In this document: positions 48,131 through 57,960 of the stretch, in pieces
Numbering within the stretch: position 1 is the stretch's first letter
Layout of the letters: each line of letters begins with the position of its first letter
Translations under genes and position numbers: made by a program
The notes under the pieces: model-generated
The model's database searches: none
What the model was told of the DNA's origin: nothing
Seen by the model: only the letters and a program-made list of their open reading frames with translations
Source: an uncultured delta proteobacterium
Lineage (GTDB): Bacteria > Desulfobacterota > DSM-4660 > Desulfatiglandales > HGW-15
Length of the DNA: 64,000 bases
Assembly: GCA_963776085.1 (NCBI GenBank)
Contig: CAVZMS010000079.1
Location: 14,508-78,507 of the forward strand
Direction of reading: 5' to 3'

Positions 48131-48311
48131 CCTCCCCTCTTAGGGGAGGATTGAGGGGGTCTCATAATATTTCCAAACCATTAAGGCCTGTTGGCTAAGG
48201 TATGCATCTCGTAACTGATCTATTCCATTTTCTTTGTTTGTACAATAATGAGGCTTTTCATGTCCCTAAACAGTTTTGTTTAGCCCCCTCCTGCCTCCCC
48301 CTAAGAGGAGG
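48131..48311. repeat. inverted pair of GC hairpin repeats at the convergence point of the two pilus operons
   Basis: CCTCCCCTCTTAGGGGAGGATTGAGGGGG (48131-48159) versus the reverse complement of 48282-48311, CCTCCTCTTAGGGGGAGGCAGGAGGGGG. About 85% identical and 122 nt apart. Confidence 0.65.
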
Positions 48312-49259
48312 AGTAAATCAACGAAACAGTTATTTCCGGCATCCTCTGGGTTAAATAGATTGAATGGACGATTAAGGCAAAACCTATGGCACTACCAGGG
48401 TTACTCCGGAACCAGCGACAATTACAGGAGTTACAGGGGTTGAAGTCACGATGATGGTCCCTACCCCCGCCGGCAGCATTCCTTAATTCTATCTGACTTC
48501 CTGATATGATTCCATAGGATAAAGTGGTCCCTTGGAGTGACAATGCCGATATCCAAACCCGTTGTCCGGTTATAGACAAATATATTGGCCCCTGTGCCTG
48601 TGCCGTTGCTTACTGCGACTTTGGGGTTGCCGCATATCTCCCCGTAAAGGACATACTCCCCAATATAAACAAGCATATCATCAAAGGTATCACTAGGGGG
48701 ATAGCGGATATAATTGGGGTTTCCGTCACGTGTTATCGCCCTGGTGAGTCCCCGCAGTCACGTCATCGAATACATTACCGTCACCGTCAGCGTCTTTCGG
48801 GCCCGCGCTTACCAGCACGGCCGCTACCGGAAATGGCGTTTGTGATCCGTCGGCATCAACCATAAGAGGAGATCCGCTAAGTCCCCCTCGCAGCGCGCTG
48901 CAACTGTTTGAGAGATCACTGCCTAAGCTACCATTAAGCTCATATCTGAGTGGTCTTTTTTCCGGATCCGTGGGACTTAATCTCAGTGTCTGGAAGGGGA
49001 ATGTCCCTATGAATGTGCTTGAGTCTTCATTCCCGTCCCCATTAGAATCCGCCCAGGGAAGTCTGCCGTTTATATTTGCGAAATTGATAAGGGATGCCTT
49101 TGTCTCACTCAGATAGTCAAGGGTCTCGTTCCTGATCTTTCTTTCCGAGAGAATGCCCATCAAGGAAACGCCGCCCCCGGCCAAAATACCGATAATTACC
49201 ATCACTATGGCGATTTCTATCAGGGTAAAACCCTTATCATCAATTTGCTTCAGCAACAT
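48301..49259 (-). pseudogene. large type IV (pseudo)pilin, at least two frameshifts, 3' end uncertain
   Basis: Prepilin leader MLLKQIDDKG/FTLIEIAIVMVIIGILAGG from ATG 49259. Consecutive ORFs 49355-48726, 48676-48461 and 48579-48301 abut without gaps. An alternative stop is at 48384. Confidence 0.55.
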
Positions 49260-49292
49260 ATGTGTATTGGAAATCCCAAGCCGTTTAATACA

Positions 49293-49320
49293 CCTTCCCC
49301 GCAGAAAGCTGCGGGGAAGG
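49293..49320 (-). terminator. strong GC stem-loop after the major pilin gene (attenuator/terminator candidate)
   Basis: On the minus strand, CCTTCCCCGCAG-CTTT-CTGCGGGGAAGG: a 12-bp perfect stem with no clear U-tract. Confidence 0.45.
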
Positions 49321-49357
49321 GAATCCTGACAGGGATTAAGAAAGTATCCAGGCAAAA

Positions 49358-49903
49358 TTAGGTATAATAGTGCCGGCGGTATATACGGCGCTTCCCCTGA
49401 TAGTCCCCGCTATTATAGACGCCATCGTCGTACTTGGTGTCAATCTCCTGACAGATTTCCGCTGGGATATTGGTGACAATGACCTTATTGTAATTAAGCG
49501 GGCTGCCGCTTACAACGATATTGCTAACACCTATTGTTCCGCCATATGCATTGGAAGGCAAAACGGTTCCAGTGCCGGAGATTAAGTTGGCCAGACGCAG
49601 ATCCTCTATTGGATTTTCAGCAGCAGTAATCAAACCGTCAAGATTTCCACTGGTTGTATCTGTGGCGGTGGGGATAGTTGCGCTGTTTTCATCACCCGGC
49701 AGCATACCGTATCGGTCCTGGAATGCAATAACCGCGGCTGTCATTCCTTCTGTATCCTTTACCAGCCTTTTAACCTTGGCATTTTGAATCATGGATTGAC
49801 CCTTTAAAACACCTCCGATCAGAAGCCCGATAATAACAAGCACAATAGCTATTTCTATCAATGTGAACCCTTTTTGATTCTTTAAAGATATCTTTTTTTT
49901 CAT
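49358..49903 (-). CDS. type IV major pilin candidate (MshA/PilA-like)
   Basis: 181 aa with leader MKKKISLKNQKG/FTLIEIAIVLVIIGLLIGG and a strong SD (AAGGAGG). The last ~15 aa look odd (possible 3' frame error). Confidence 0.8.
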   Translation of the reverse strand: MKKKISLKNQKGFTLIEIAIVLVIIGLLIGGVLKGQSMIQNAKVKRLVKDTEGMTAAVIAFQDRYGMLPGDENSATIPTATDTTSGNLDGLITAAENPIEDLRLANLISGTGTVLPSNAYGGTIGVSNIVVSGSPLNYNKVIVTNIPAEICQEIDTKYDDGVYNSGDYQGKRRIYRRHYYT

Positions 49904-50014
49904 TTTAAGCCTCCTTGTATATAAATGTTTTTAAGACTTTCGATCCTCTTTATAATTGCCGTTTGTCGACAATCCCCTATTGGCGCCTTTCATAAAAATA
50001 CTTAAGCTCAAAAT

Positions 50015-50032
50015 CAGGGTATATGTACCCTG
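50015..50032. promoter_or_regulatory. perfect palindrome in the pilin leader region
   Basis: CAGGGTA-TATG-TACCCTG, located between the sigma54-like promoter and the pilin start codon. Confidence 0.3.
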
Positions 50033-50053
50033 AATAACCGACTTCATGTTTTA

Positions 50054-50069
50054 CGCAAAATACGAACCA
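50054..50069 (-). promoter_or_regulatory. sigma54 (-24/-12) type promoter candidate for the pilin genes
   Basis: The minus strand reads TGGTTCGTATTTTGCG, matching TGGCACG-N4-TTGCW at the GG and GC positions with correct spacing. It is 151 nt upstream of the pilin ATG. Confidence 0.5.
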
Positions 50070-50150
50070 AAATAAATGATGGCCAAACATAATAATATAT
50101 ACATTTCCAAACATTGATATCATTCATGATTTTATCTGGAATAATCCCTA

Positions 50151-51637
50151 CTATTGGCGTATGATGTTGGGTGTTATAAAGATTACGAGTTCCCTGATTT
50201 CCTTTTTTTCCCCAGTGTGCTTGAATAATGAACCCAGGATCGGCAGACTTCCCAGTATGGGCAATCCCTCGTGCTCAAGTTGCGTGATCTGACTTATCAG
50301 CCCCGCAAGGACAATAGAGCGGCCCTCCCTGACACGCACGGTTGTGGCAAGCTCCTGTAAATCTATCACAGGGTTTGAAATGGCTTGCACTGCGGTTGCA
50401 GAAGTCGGCAGTTCCACCTTCTGGTCCCTCTGAATCCTTGTGATAGTAGGGACGATATTGAGTGTGATCATACCGTCTTCTGATATCCTTGCGGTAATCC
50501 CCAGTTGAAGCCCTAAGTATAGCCCGTTTGATTGTTGCATCAACGGTCACCGTATGTGACTCCTCATCTCTGGTTACACCTGAGATATCCCCATATGGGA
50601 ACTGGTATCCTACAGTCATTAAGGCGGACTGCCCGTTCATGACGGCAATATGCGGATTGGAGAGGACAGATACATCTCCCTGCGTTCGTAAAAAATCAAG
50701 GACAGTGCTGAATTTGGTATTATCCGCAAGCATAATAGTTCCGCCGCCGTTAAAACTTATGTCGAATTGATCCGGCAGTAGGCTGCCAGCGCCTTCAAAA
50801 TTCAACTCAAGTTTTGACCAGTCTATGCCGTACTGGTTATCATCACTCAACTGGACTTCAACTATTTTTGCTTCAAGAAAGATCTGGCGGTGCAGGGAAT
50901 CGGAAAGGGAATCAAGGAACTTTACCATGTCAGATATCCTCTGCGGTGTATCTGCCATGAATATGACTCCGGAATTCCGGTTTATGCGGAGAGTCCCCCC
51001 TTCCGATTTAAATCCTTCAAGGGCGGTCTGGATGCTGGCCCAGACGTCCGAATTCTCTGCCGACCGTTTTGCCTTGATCTGGAATTTCCCGCTGACTCCG
51101 GAACCCTCAACTGACGAGGCAAGCATATCCCCGCCTACTTCAATGTCAGCCTCTCCGACTATATCCATATAGTCAAAATGGTAAACTCTCTCCTCGAATC
51201 TCTTGATGTGCAGGAACGCATCCTCCAATGTCCAGGCGTATCCGGCGCCCCTTATAACAGCCATATCAAGCGCCTCTTTAAAGGTTACATTTCTCAGATT
51301 AACAGTCACAGGTCTTGCAAGATCCACCCCGTTTTCCACAACAAGATTCAGATCAGAATCCTTTGTAACCGCATAGAGAATATCTCCAATAGGCGCTTCC
51401 TGAAAAACCATTGAATATAATTTTGTCTCCTTCTCCAGATCCTTGGCATAAGGTTCAAGCTTTTCAACAAAAGGAGGGGTCCCCGGTTTATTATCTTCTT
51501 TTTGTTTTTGCAGCAATTCTCTCGCCTGGATAATATCGGCTGAATCTGTAGTTGATACAGGTCTGGGGTTGCTGACCGAACAACCTACCATAAGAAATAT
51601 TATAATAGCTGATAATCAGAAAATTAACCGGCCTCAT
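50151..51637 (-). pseudogene. secretin (MshL/PilQ/GspD family), two frameshifts
   Basis: The C-terminal secretin domain (VLSNPHIAVMNGQSA.., PILGSLPILGSLF, TPNII) is split near 50540. The probable start MRPVNFLII.. at 51637 overlaps the upstream stop (TGATG) but is out of frame with the lipobox LMVGC at 51591. Confidence 0.8.
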
Positions 51638-52164
51638 CAATCCCCCCGATCCACAGAATAATAGACTCGTGGCGCCTCAACAAACCAGCTTCTTTTTCCC
51701 TTGGTTAAATAAATCCCTTTTTCTGTTATTTCTTTAATTACAAATCCGGAGATGGTCTCGTTTTCATAAAAGAATCTATTATTAATAATGCCGGCAATAC
51801 GTGACTTTCCGTCAGAATCCAGTATGTTCATTATGCCGGTAACAGCAGGCAATACATCACTGTCATAAGCCTGTACCTGTGCATTTGTCACAACAGGAAC
51901 AGTCTCTTCAAGTTTTACTTCCTGGGCTGGGATTTCTTTTATGAAATTTTCTATATATTCATTCCAATTGATATTTTTTTTATTTAAAACGAGATCTTCA
52001 AGACGCCCCCATTTGTCGCTGGCCAATCTGGACTCCAATGAAGCACCTGTTAGCGGCCTGTCATACAGCGCCATAAACTTAAATCCATTATAACCCATCA
52101 GGATAATTGCCGATAACACAAACATCCCGATAATCATTTTTTTGTTACTGCCGATTTCCAGCAA
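51637..52164 (-). CDS. small pilus assembly protein (MshK/PilP-like position)
   Basis: 175 aa with one N-terminal TM segment. Assignment rests on position between the PilO-like and secretin genes; no diagnostic motif. Confidence 0.45.
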   Translation of the reverse strand: MLEIGSNKKMIIGMFVLSAIILMGYNGFKFMALYDRPLTGASLESRLASDKWGRLEDLVLNKKNINWNEYIENFIKEIPAQEVKLEETVPVVTNAQVQAYDSDVLPAVTGIMNILDSDGKSRIAGIINNRFFYENETISGFVIKEITEKGIYLTKGKRSWFVEAPRVYYSVDRGD

Positions 52165-52178
52165 AAGATCGCACCATA

Positions 52179-52718
52179 TTATTGTTGATCATGTACTTGT
52201 TGTCCTTGTCCTGTTACAAACTTATATCGGTAATTAACAAATATGTCAAATTTGGTCTCACCTGTTTGACTTTCAGGCAAAATGCCGACCTTCTGAAAAG
52301 AGAGGAAAGGAAATTCTATCCGGATTCTGCTAAGCGCCTCTATCCCTCCCTTTAATGGGCCCCTGAATGAAATATGAACCGGGATACTATCCCCTTGAGA
52401 TTGTTGCTTGGCATCCATTTTCAAAGACAGGTCATTAAGGCCGGATTCGCTGACAAGCTGTTTAATTTTGTCATTTAATGCCACCTGGCCAAGTTTGAGC
52501 GATTCGATCTCATGATACAATGATTTTTGCTGATCAAGGACCTTGGCTATATTATCAAAATTTCTTTGCCAGAATTCCTTATCCAGCTGAAGGATTTCTA
52601 TCCTTGATCTGTTATTAAGTATGTCCAAAATTGTATCTGAATTCCTATTTGTAAGATAGAAGACCCCTGCCCAGATCAAGATAAAAAATACCCAGCGATA
52701 TTTTATAGTGGAAATCAT
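52179..52718 (-). CDS. PilO/MshJ-like pilus assembly protein
   Basis: 179 aa with an N-terminal TM, a coiled-coil region, then an alpha/beta C-terminus. Assignment is by synteny. Confidence 0.5.
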   Translation of the reverse strand: MISTIKYRWVFFILIWAGVFYLTNRNSDTILDILNNRSRIEILQLDKEFWQRNFDNIAKVLDQQKSLYHEIESLKLGQVALNDKIKQLVSESGLNDLSLKMDAKQQSQGDSIPVHISFRGPLKGGIEALSRIRIEFPFLSFQKVGILPESQTGETKFDIFVNYRYKFVTGQGQQVHDQQ

Positions 52719-54130
52719 GACACATCCAGTTTAAATGAAATATGATAATCCTGCCCATCACCTTCCGGACGGTCTCCCTTTATCTCAATATCCACATCAT
52801 CCATGTTTAAAGGGCTGCTACTTTGAATGGTTATATTTATTCTTTCCAGAAATGCCCTTAGAGAATTGCTGAAGTCATCCACCCCATTGGCCCTGATGAC
52901 ACCGGTTAAGGAGACCGTAGTGGAGGGGTCTATTGAGACATCTACTGATTCAATCCAGATATTCCCAGATACACATGTAGCCAGGCGTCCTATTAAATCC
53001 ATAGGATCTTTTCTTTCCGCCTCTTTCGACAGGACATCAAGGGCTTCATTGTATTGGCCTATGAGTTGTGTAGGTCCTGCTTCAGTTGCTGAAAGGGAGA
53101 GTGACTCGCGCTCCCTGGCCTGAGTAAGGAACATGAATTCAAACCCTAAAACAATAAGTAATAAAACTCCTATTATGATACCGGCAAATTGTATCCTTTT
53201 CCATCCAAGGTCATTTAAAGTGGCTCGATCTGAAACACCGGGCAGGCTTAAAGGCTCAAGGATTTCCTCAGGGCTGAAATCCGCGGCAATCCCCTCTCTC
53301 AACTCCATATCAAGCAAAGGTTTACGTCGCCCTATAGTTGAGGATAGCACTAAAACTTCTCTACTCAGCATCTCTGACAATGGATCGACATCAATCTCCG
53401 TTCCCGAGGAAAAATAAATTTTATCCAGATCCGTCTTTGTCCTCTGAGAAAAATGGTAGATCGACTGATTCATCTCATAGGAGATTATCTCAAATTGTCC
53501 TGTATAATCATCCTGAAACTCCGGCAGTGATATGGCCCTTGAGAAAAGAAAGTGACCCCGGAAATAAAAGAAAAGGGAACATCTGTTTTCAAATAAATAT
53601 ATTAGCCCTAATCCGATTTTCTCAAAGATATCGATACTTTTTTTTAATTTTTGGTTCCAAAGCAGGGCAGGCGAAGAGATACGAACCGGTCTGAGATTGT
53701 TTCGGGTTAATAATTGATAAAGGTCAAAGGCCTTGGGTTCCTGAAGAAAATGCGTAACGATCTCCTGCTCACCCTTATCATTTTTCACAATATCGTAAGA
53801 AAAGAAATCTATAATTTTAGGTGTTTGAGGGAACTCTGAAGCAAGCTTCCTGCTTATGAATGCCCCGATAACTGCTTTATTATTGGAATGGAAGGGATAT
53901 ATTGAATTGCCGAACCAGAAATCTGGAACAACCAGAAGTGGAAAATCATAATTTTTTAAACTCTTAGGAAGGAAGTCAACGGTGTCCTTGCCCATAATAT
54001 TAATCAGTGGGATGCTTTGCACGCATTGCCAAATATCACGCTGATCAAGTGATACAAAAGAGAGGTTTTCATTATGGACCGAGATAAATCCAGTCCTTTT
54101 TTTCCTAAACACGTTTATTTTCCCCTGCAT
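52715..54130 (-). CDS. PilM/PilN-like fusion (MshI-like) pilus assembly protein
   Basis: 471 aa with a cytoplasmic N-terminal ~290 aa, a central TM (FAGIIIGVLLLIVLGFEFMFL) and a periplasmic C-terminus. First gene of the minus-strand pilus operon. Confidence 0.5.
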   Translation of the reverse strand: MQGKINVFRKKRTGFISVHNENLSFVSLDQRDIWQCVQSIPLINIMGKDTVDFLPKSLKNYDFPLLVVPDFWFGNSIYPFHSNNKAVIGAFISRKLASEFPQTPKIIDFFSYDIVKNDKGEQEIVTHFLQEPKAFDLYQLLTRNNLRPVRISSPALLWNQKLKKSIDIFEKIGLGLIYLFENRCSLFFYFRGHFLFSRAISLPEFQDDYTGQFEIISYEMNQSIYHFSQRTKTDLDKIYFSSGTEIDVDPLSEMLSREVLVLSSTIGRRKPLLDMELREGIAADFSPEEILEPLSLPGVSDRATLNDLGWKRIQFAGIIIGVLLLIVLGFEFMFLTQARERESLSLSATEAGPTQLIGQYNEALDVLSKEAERKDPMDLIGRLATCVSGNIWIESVDVSIDPSTTVSLTGVIRANGVDDFSNSLRAFLERINITIQSSSPLNMDDVDIEIKGDRPEGDGQDYHISFKLDVS

Positions 54131-54234
54131 TGGGCCTAATGGTTTAGGTGAATATCCCCGCCTTTATCATAAATCCTTCGACCTTATACTTTATTGACGC
54201 TTTTATGGACAAAACGAATAATTTTATAGTATTT

Positions 54235-54263
54235 TCAATACAATATTATTAAATATATGTCAA
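54235..54263 (-). promoter_or_regulatory. candidate sigma70-type promoter for the minus-strand pilus operon
   Basis: The minus strand reads TTGACA, a 17-nt spacer, then TATTGA, about 100 nt upstream of the 54130 start. Confidence 0.35.
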
Positions 54264-54362
54264 TAAAAAGAACGACAAGTGATTACTGAGTGAGAGAGCC
54301 TCCAGGTGTGGTTTCAATATCGGTAAAATAATAGAACCACTATTCGGATCGGAAGAGAAAAA

Positions 54363-56204
54363 TCATTTTGGCCCGCATCTTAAAAGGAATGTCTTTGCGA
54401 TATTGGATGAATAAACAACAATCTGTTTCAGGATATCCATCATCTCCATATGCACCTCATGTGTATTGAGCGAGTCTTGGCGTTCAAGCCTGATGCGTTG
54501 CAGATGTCGTATACGATATTGCTCCTCCAAATCCAGATATTTTTTCTCTCCCTCCATTATCTTGCGCGCCTTCTCCATATCCCGTTCGGCAAATGCCTGC
54601 TCTAGGAGATCAATTTGACGGCATACCTTTTTATGATAGATCATCAATTCCTCTTTGCCTTCATCTGAAAAATCCACATCAAGCTCCCTTTTTTTCGCAA
54701 TCAGCTTCACTAGATTTCTATGAATAAGATCCCCTATACTCTCCATGTCACTTGCGATTGTAATCATCCCATACACCTCATTTGCCTGATCTTTGGATAT
54801 CTCCTTCTTAGAGATCTTGATTAGAAATTCACCTATCCTGTCGTTTAGAAAATCAAGCTTCTCTTCCCTCATATCGATCCCTTCAAGAAGTGTGAGTTGA
54901 GGGTGACGTTCGTCCCGCGTAGGTATATCTTTTATAAGAAGTTCTATCTCCTCCTTTGTCAACGGTTTTTTCCTTATAAATTTTTCATCAGATATGAAGG
55001 GAATAATAACGGCCTTAAGCATCCTGCCGAGGGTTCCCGCCATGTGAGAGATCTCTCTTCGGGCAAGTTCAATTGCAAGGGCAGGAGAAGATAAACTGCT
55101 TTCATCAAGGAACCTCACCCTTGGTCTGATGCCTGTGTCTTCCTCTTTATCCGGAAGAAACCATACTACTAAGCGGGAAAAAAGTGCCGTAAATGGGATA
55201 AAAATTACGGCAAGGCCTACGTTGAAGATCGTGTGGGCGTTTGCGATCTGGCGGGCTATGTCTGAACCGAATTTGACGGAAAGCGCCCGGACCAGTTCCG
55301 CAAACCCGGGAATCCAGAATATAAAGAGCATCACCCCGGCAATCTTGAAGACGACATGGGCCAGTGCCACACGTTTGGCATCACGGGAGGTATTGATAGA
55401 GGCAAGGCCGGCGGTAACACAGGTGCCGATATTTGCGCCAAATATCAGGGGTATGCCGGACTCAAGGGTTATCAGGCCCTGATGCGCCAGAACAATAACC
55501 ACACCGATTGTCGCGGCGCTGCTCTGGATAAGGGCTGTAAACAACGTTCCGACCATCAGGCCCAGAAACGGATTTTCCAGTCCTTGCATTACATTGATAA
55601 AGCCTTCGTATCCACGCAGAGGTTCCATCGAATCGCTCATCAATTTCATTCCATAAAAAAGGACACCAAAACCAAATATTATTTCCCCGATGTTCCGGGT
55701 GTTATCGGCCTTAGGAATAATCTGCAGCCCAAAACCGATAGCTATCATTAAAAGGGCGTAATTACTCACATTGAAGGCGATCAACTGCGCGGTAACCGTT
55801 GTTCCGATGTCGGCGCCCAGGATGACCCCAAGGGTTTGGGTAAAATTCATCAATCCTGCGTGAACAAAACTGACCAGCATAACCGTTGTGGCGCTGCTCG
55901 ATTGAACCACCATCGTAACGAGAGCCCCTAAAATAAGCGCCGCCATCCTGTTCCGTGTTAAAGCGGACAGGATAGATCTCATCTTATTGCCGGCGGTTTT
56001 TTTCATACCGTCGCTCATCTTTATCATGCCATAAAGGAAAAAGGCCAATCCTCCTAACATGCCAATAATCAGCAGTTCCCAGCTTATAGGGCTTATAGTC
56101 GTGGAATCTCCCTGTCCGGCAAAGAGGTGTTGCGAGAAGGAGATGATTGAGAAAATGATGGCCGGCACAACTATAATCAGCTTAGGCAAGGAGTTAGTAT
56201 TCAT
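54363..56204 (-). CDS. Na+/phosphate cotransporter family protein with C-terminal PhoU-like domains
   Basis: 613 aa with a duplicated Na_Pi_cotrans core (QSSSATT / QSSAATIG repeats) and a long helical C-terminal region. Confidence 0.85.
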   Translation of the reverse strand: MNTNSLPKLIIVVPAIIFSIISFSQHLFAGQGDSTTISPISWELLIIGMLGGLAFFLYGMIKMSDGMKKTAGNKMRSILSALTRNRMAALILGALVTMVVQSSSATTVMLVSFVHAGLMNFTQTLGVILGADIGTTVTAQLIAFNVSNYALLMIAIGFGLQIIPKADNTRNIGEIIFGFGVLFYGMKLMSDSMEPLRGYEGFINVMQGLENPFLGLMVGTLFTALIQSSAATIGVVIVLAHQGLITLESGIPLIFGANIGTCVTAGLASINTSRDAKRVALAHVVFKIAGVMLFIFWIPGFAELVRALSVKFGSDIARQIANAHTIFNVGLAVIFIPFTALFSRLVVWFLPDKEEDTGIRPRVRFLDESSLSSPALAIELARREISHMAGTLGRMLKAVIIPFISDEKFIRKKPLTKEEIELLIKDIPTRDERHPQLTLLEGIDMREEKLDFLNDRIGEFLIKISKKEISKDQANEVYGMITIASDMESIGDLIHRNLVKLIAKKRELDVDFSDEGKEELMIYHKKVCRQIDLLEQAFAERDMEKARKIMEGEKKYLDLEEQYRIRHLQRIRLERQDSLNTHEVHMEMMDILKQIVVYSSNIAKTFLLRCGPK

Positions 56205-56403
56205 AAATAATTCCTTATTTAATTTTAAAAAATTTATTAAGGTATGTTATATAAACAATTTAAAAAGAAATTGCAAAGTGCCGCAAATCAGACCTGCATA
56301 GATTCCGGGCGATTACTTAACTCCTAAAATATCAAACAGATTTAAAAGTATAATTGCTTTTTAAAATCTATATAAATTAAAATTTATTTAATCCTGGTTT
56401 TAC

Positions 56404-56435
56404 TTGACATAAGAAGCTTTTTATTATTATATAAT
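56404..56435 (+). promoter_or_regulatory. candidate promoter of the RRM protein gene
   Basis: TTGACA (56404-56409) followed 17-20 nt later by TATATAAT. It predicts a leader of about 170 nt. Confidence 0.45.
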
Positions 56436-56607
56436 ATACGGTTTTTTCTTCAGCTAAGCGACCTCTTTAAAGAACAAGCCTCCCTGAGAGAAAACTTTTT
56501 TGAACTTTCCCCATCAAATCACTCTTTGCAACCAGCGATTCTTTTATGCTGTCAATATATAGGCGTTTTATAGAATCATCAATATTAACCAAACTAGGGG
56601 GACAAGA

Positions 56608-56919
56608 ATGAATATCTATGTGGGTAATCTATCATATGAGGTTACAGAAGAGGATCTGAAAGAGGCCTTTAGCGCCTTTGGTCAGGTTGAATCAGTAAAA
56701 ATTATTAAAGACAATTACAGCGACAGATCAAAAGGATTCGGTTTTGTGGAGATGCCTGCCAGAGGCGAGGCTCAAGCCGCGATCGAAGGCCTGCAAGGCA
56801 AGGATCTGAAGGGACGAGCCATTAATGTTAATGAGGCCCGCCCCCGCACCGAGGGCCGCCGGGGCGGCGGTGGAAATCGAAGGGGCGGGAGACAGGGTGG
56901 AAGGCGTGATTCCTATTAA
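56608..56919 (+). CDS. RRM-type RNA-binding protein with Arg/Gly-rich tail
   Basis: 103 aa with RNP2 IYVGNL, RNP1 KGFGFVEM, and a C-terminal RRGGGGNRRGGRQGGRR. Confidence 0.9.
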   Translation: MNIYVGNLSYEVTEEDLKEAFSAFGQVESVKIIKDNYSDRSKGFGFVEMPARGEAQAAIEGLQGKDLKGRAINVNEARPRTEGRRGGGGNRRGGRQGGRRDSY

Positions 56920-57035
56920 ACCTTGTTAAAAGATTAAGCCTAATAATCCGGACCGGCCATTAATATAGCAAGGAAGTACGGCTGATAGACTGCGTTATAG
57001 TAAGAGTAAGGGACATCTTTCTCGAAACGTAATAA

Positions 57036-57323
57036 TCATTGATTTATTAGATCTCTGGTAAATAACCGGCCTCCATGGTCTTGACCAAGTTGGTCATGGT
57101 CACATAAAAGGGGGTCGGTTATGCCCTTTTGCCGCCCATACTCAACGATCTTAGCCCCTAAAAAATCTGTCCCGTGGGCGTTTTGTTGGCATATCATAAC
57201 ACATGGCCTTGGCCACACATCTAGGGCATCTTTAAAGCAGACCTCAGTTATTATTAAGAGGTCAGCAGCCAACACGGTTCCCGCAGCCCCTATGCCCACA
57301 ACTGCAAACCGAAGATCTTCCAT
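57036..57323 (-). CDS. hypothetical protein with Rossmann-like N-terminus, possibly a gene fragment
   Basis: 95 aa. FAVVGIGAAGTVLAADL resembles a dinucleotide-binding loop. I recognise no further family signal. Confidence 0.3.
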   Translation of the reverse strand: MEDLRFAVVGIGAAGTVLAADLLIITEVCFKDALDVWPRPCVMICQQNAHGTDFLGAKIVEYGRQKGITDPLLCDHDQLGQDHGGRLFTRDLINQ

Positions 57324-57393
57324 ATCTTTATTCTCTCACCAGTTAGGGGATGGTATTCTTTTTATAATGAACATATCAAATAAGGCATATCAG

Positions 57394-57921
57394 CTATGTG
57401 TCTCCCTCAGCACATGGTATACAGACCCGCTTTCCGCTTAGTGTTCGGATCCGTGTTTCCATCACCCTTTCCCCGCAGATGTCGCAATTTACAGAGATGT
57501 GGATCCTCGCGGGTTCGGGTGTCTCGACAACTACCTCTCTCATGGACAGGATGTCCGATTCCCGTGCCTGTAAAATGAATTGGATTAGTTCCGCCCGATT
57601 CCCTTTCATATCTTTTGGGATACCCTTGCCATGCAACACAATCCTCACGCCTTTCCCTGTTGCACGTGAATATAGCGTGTAGACATGTTTTCCATAGTCT
57701 CTGAAGATGAGATTTCCTTTACCGAATGTGCATCCGGAAACGCACTGAAGGGCGTCAACTCCGCAGGCATTGTTCTCAACTATCGCGACGACCTCCTCAT
57801 CCTCGGACCTCAAGGCACTTAAAGCCTTCATCCCGGCCTGTGCCATGCGATATCCCATAGCAAGACCCGGGCAATCATGGCCATGGAACCTCACGATCTC
57901 CTGATAGTCCATCATGCACAC
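57394..57921 (-). CDS. FmdE-family protein (formylmethanofuran dehydrogenase subunit E-like)
   Basis: 175 aa with FHGHDCPGLAMGYR, a CGVDALQ..GCTFGKGNL core, and a C-terminal zinc ribbon CDICG..CIPC. Confidence 0.85.
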   Translation of the reverse strand: MCMMDYQEIVRFHGHDCPGLAMGYRMAQAGMKALSALRSEDEEVVAIVENNACGVDALQCVSGCTFGKGNLIFRDYGKHVYTLYSRATGKGVRIVLHGKGIPKDMKGNRAELIQFILQARESDILSMREVVVETPEPARIHISVNCDICGERVMETRIRTLSGKRVCIPCAEGDT

Positions 57922-57960
57922 CTCTTCATATATTTGCTAAATTTAATAGCTTTACTATAT

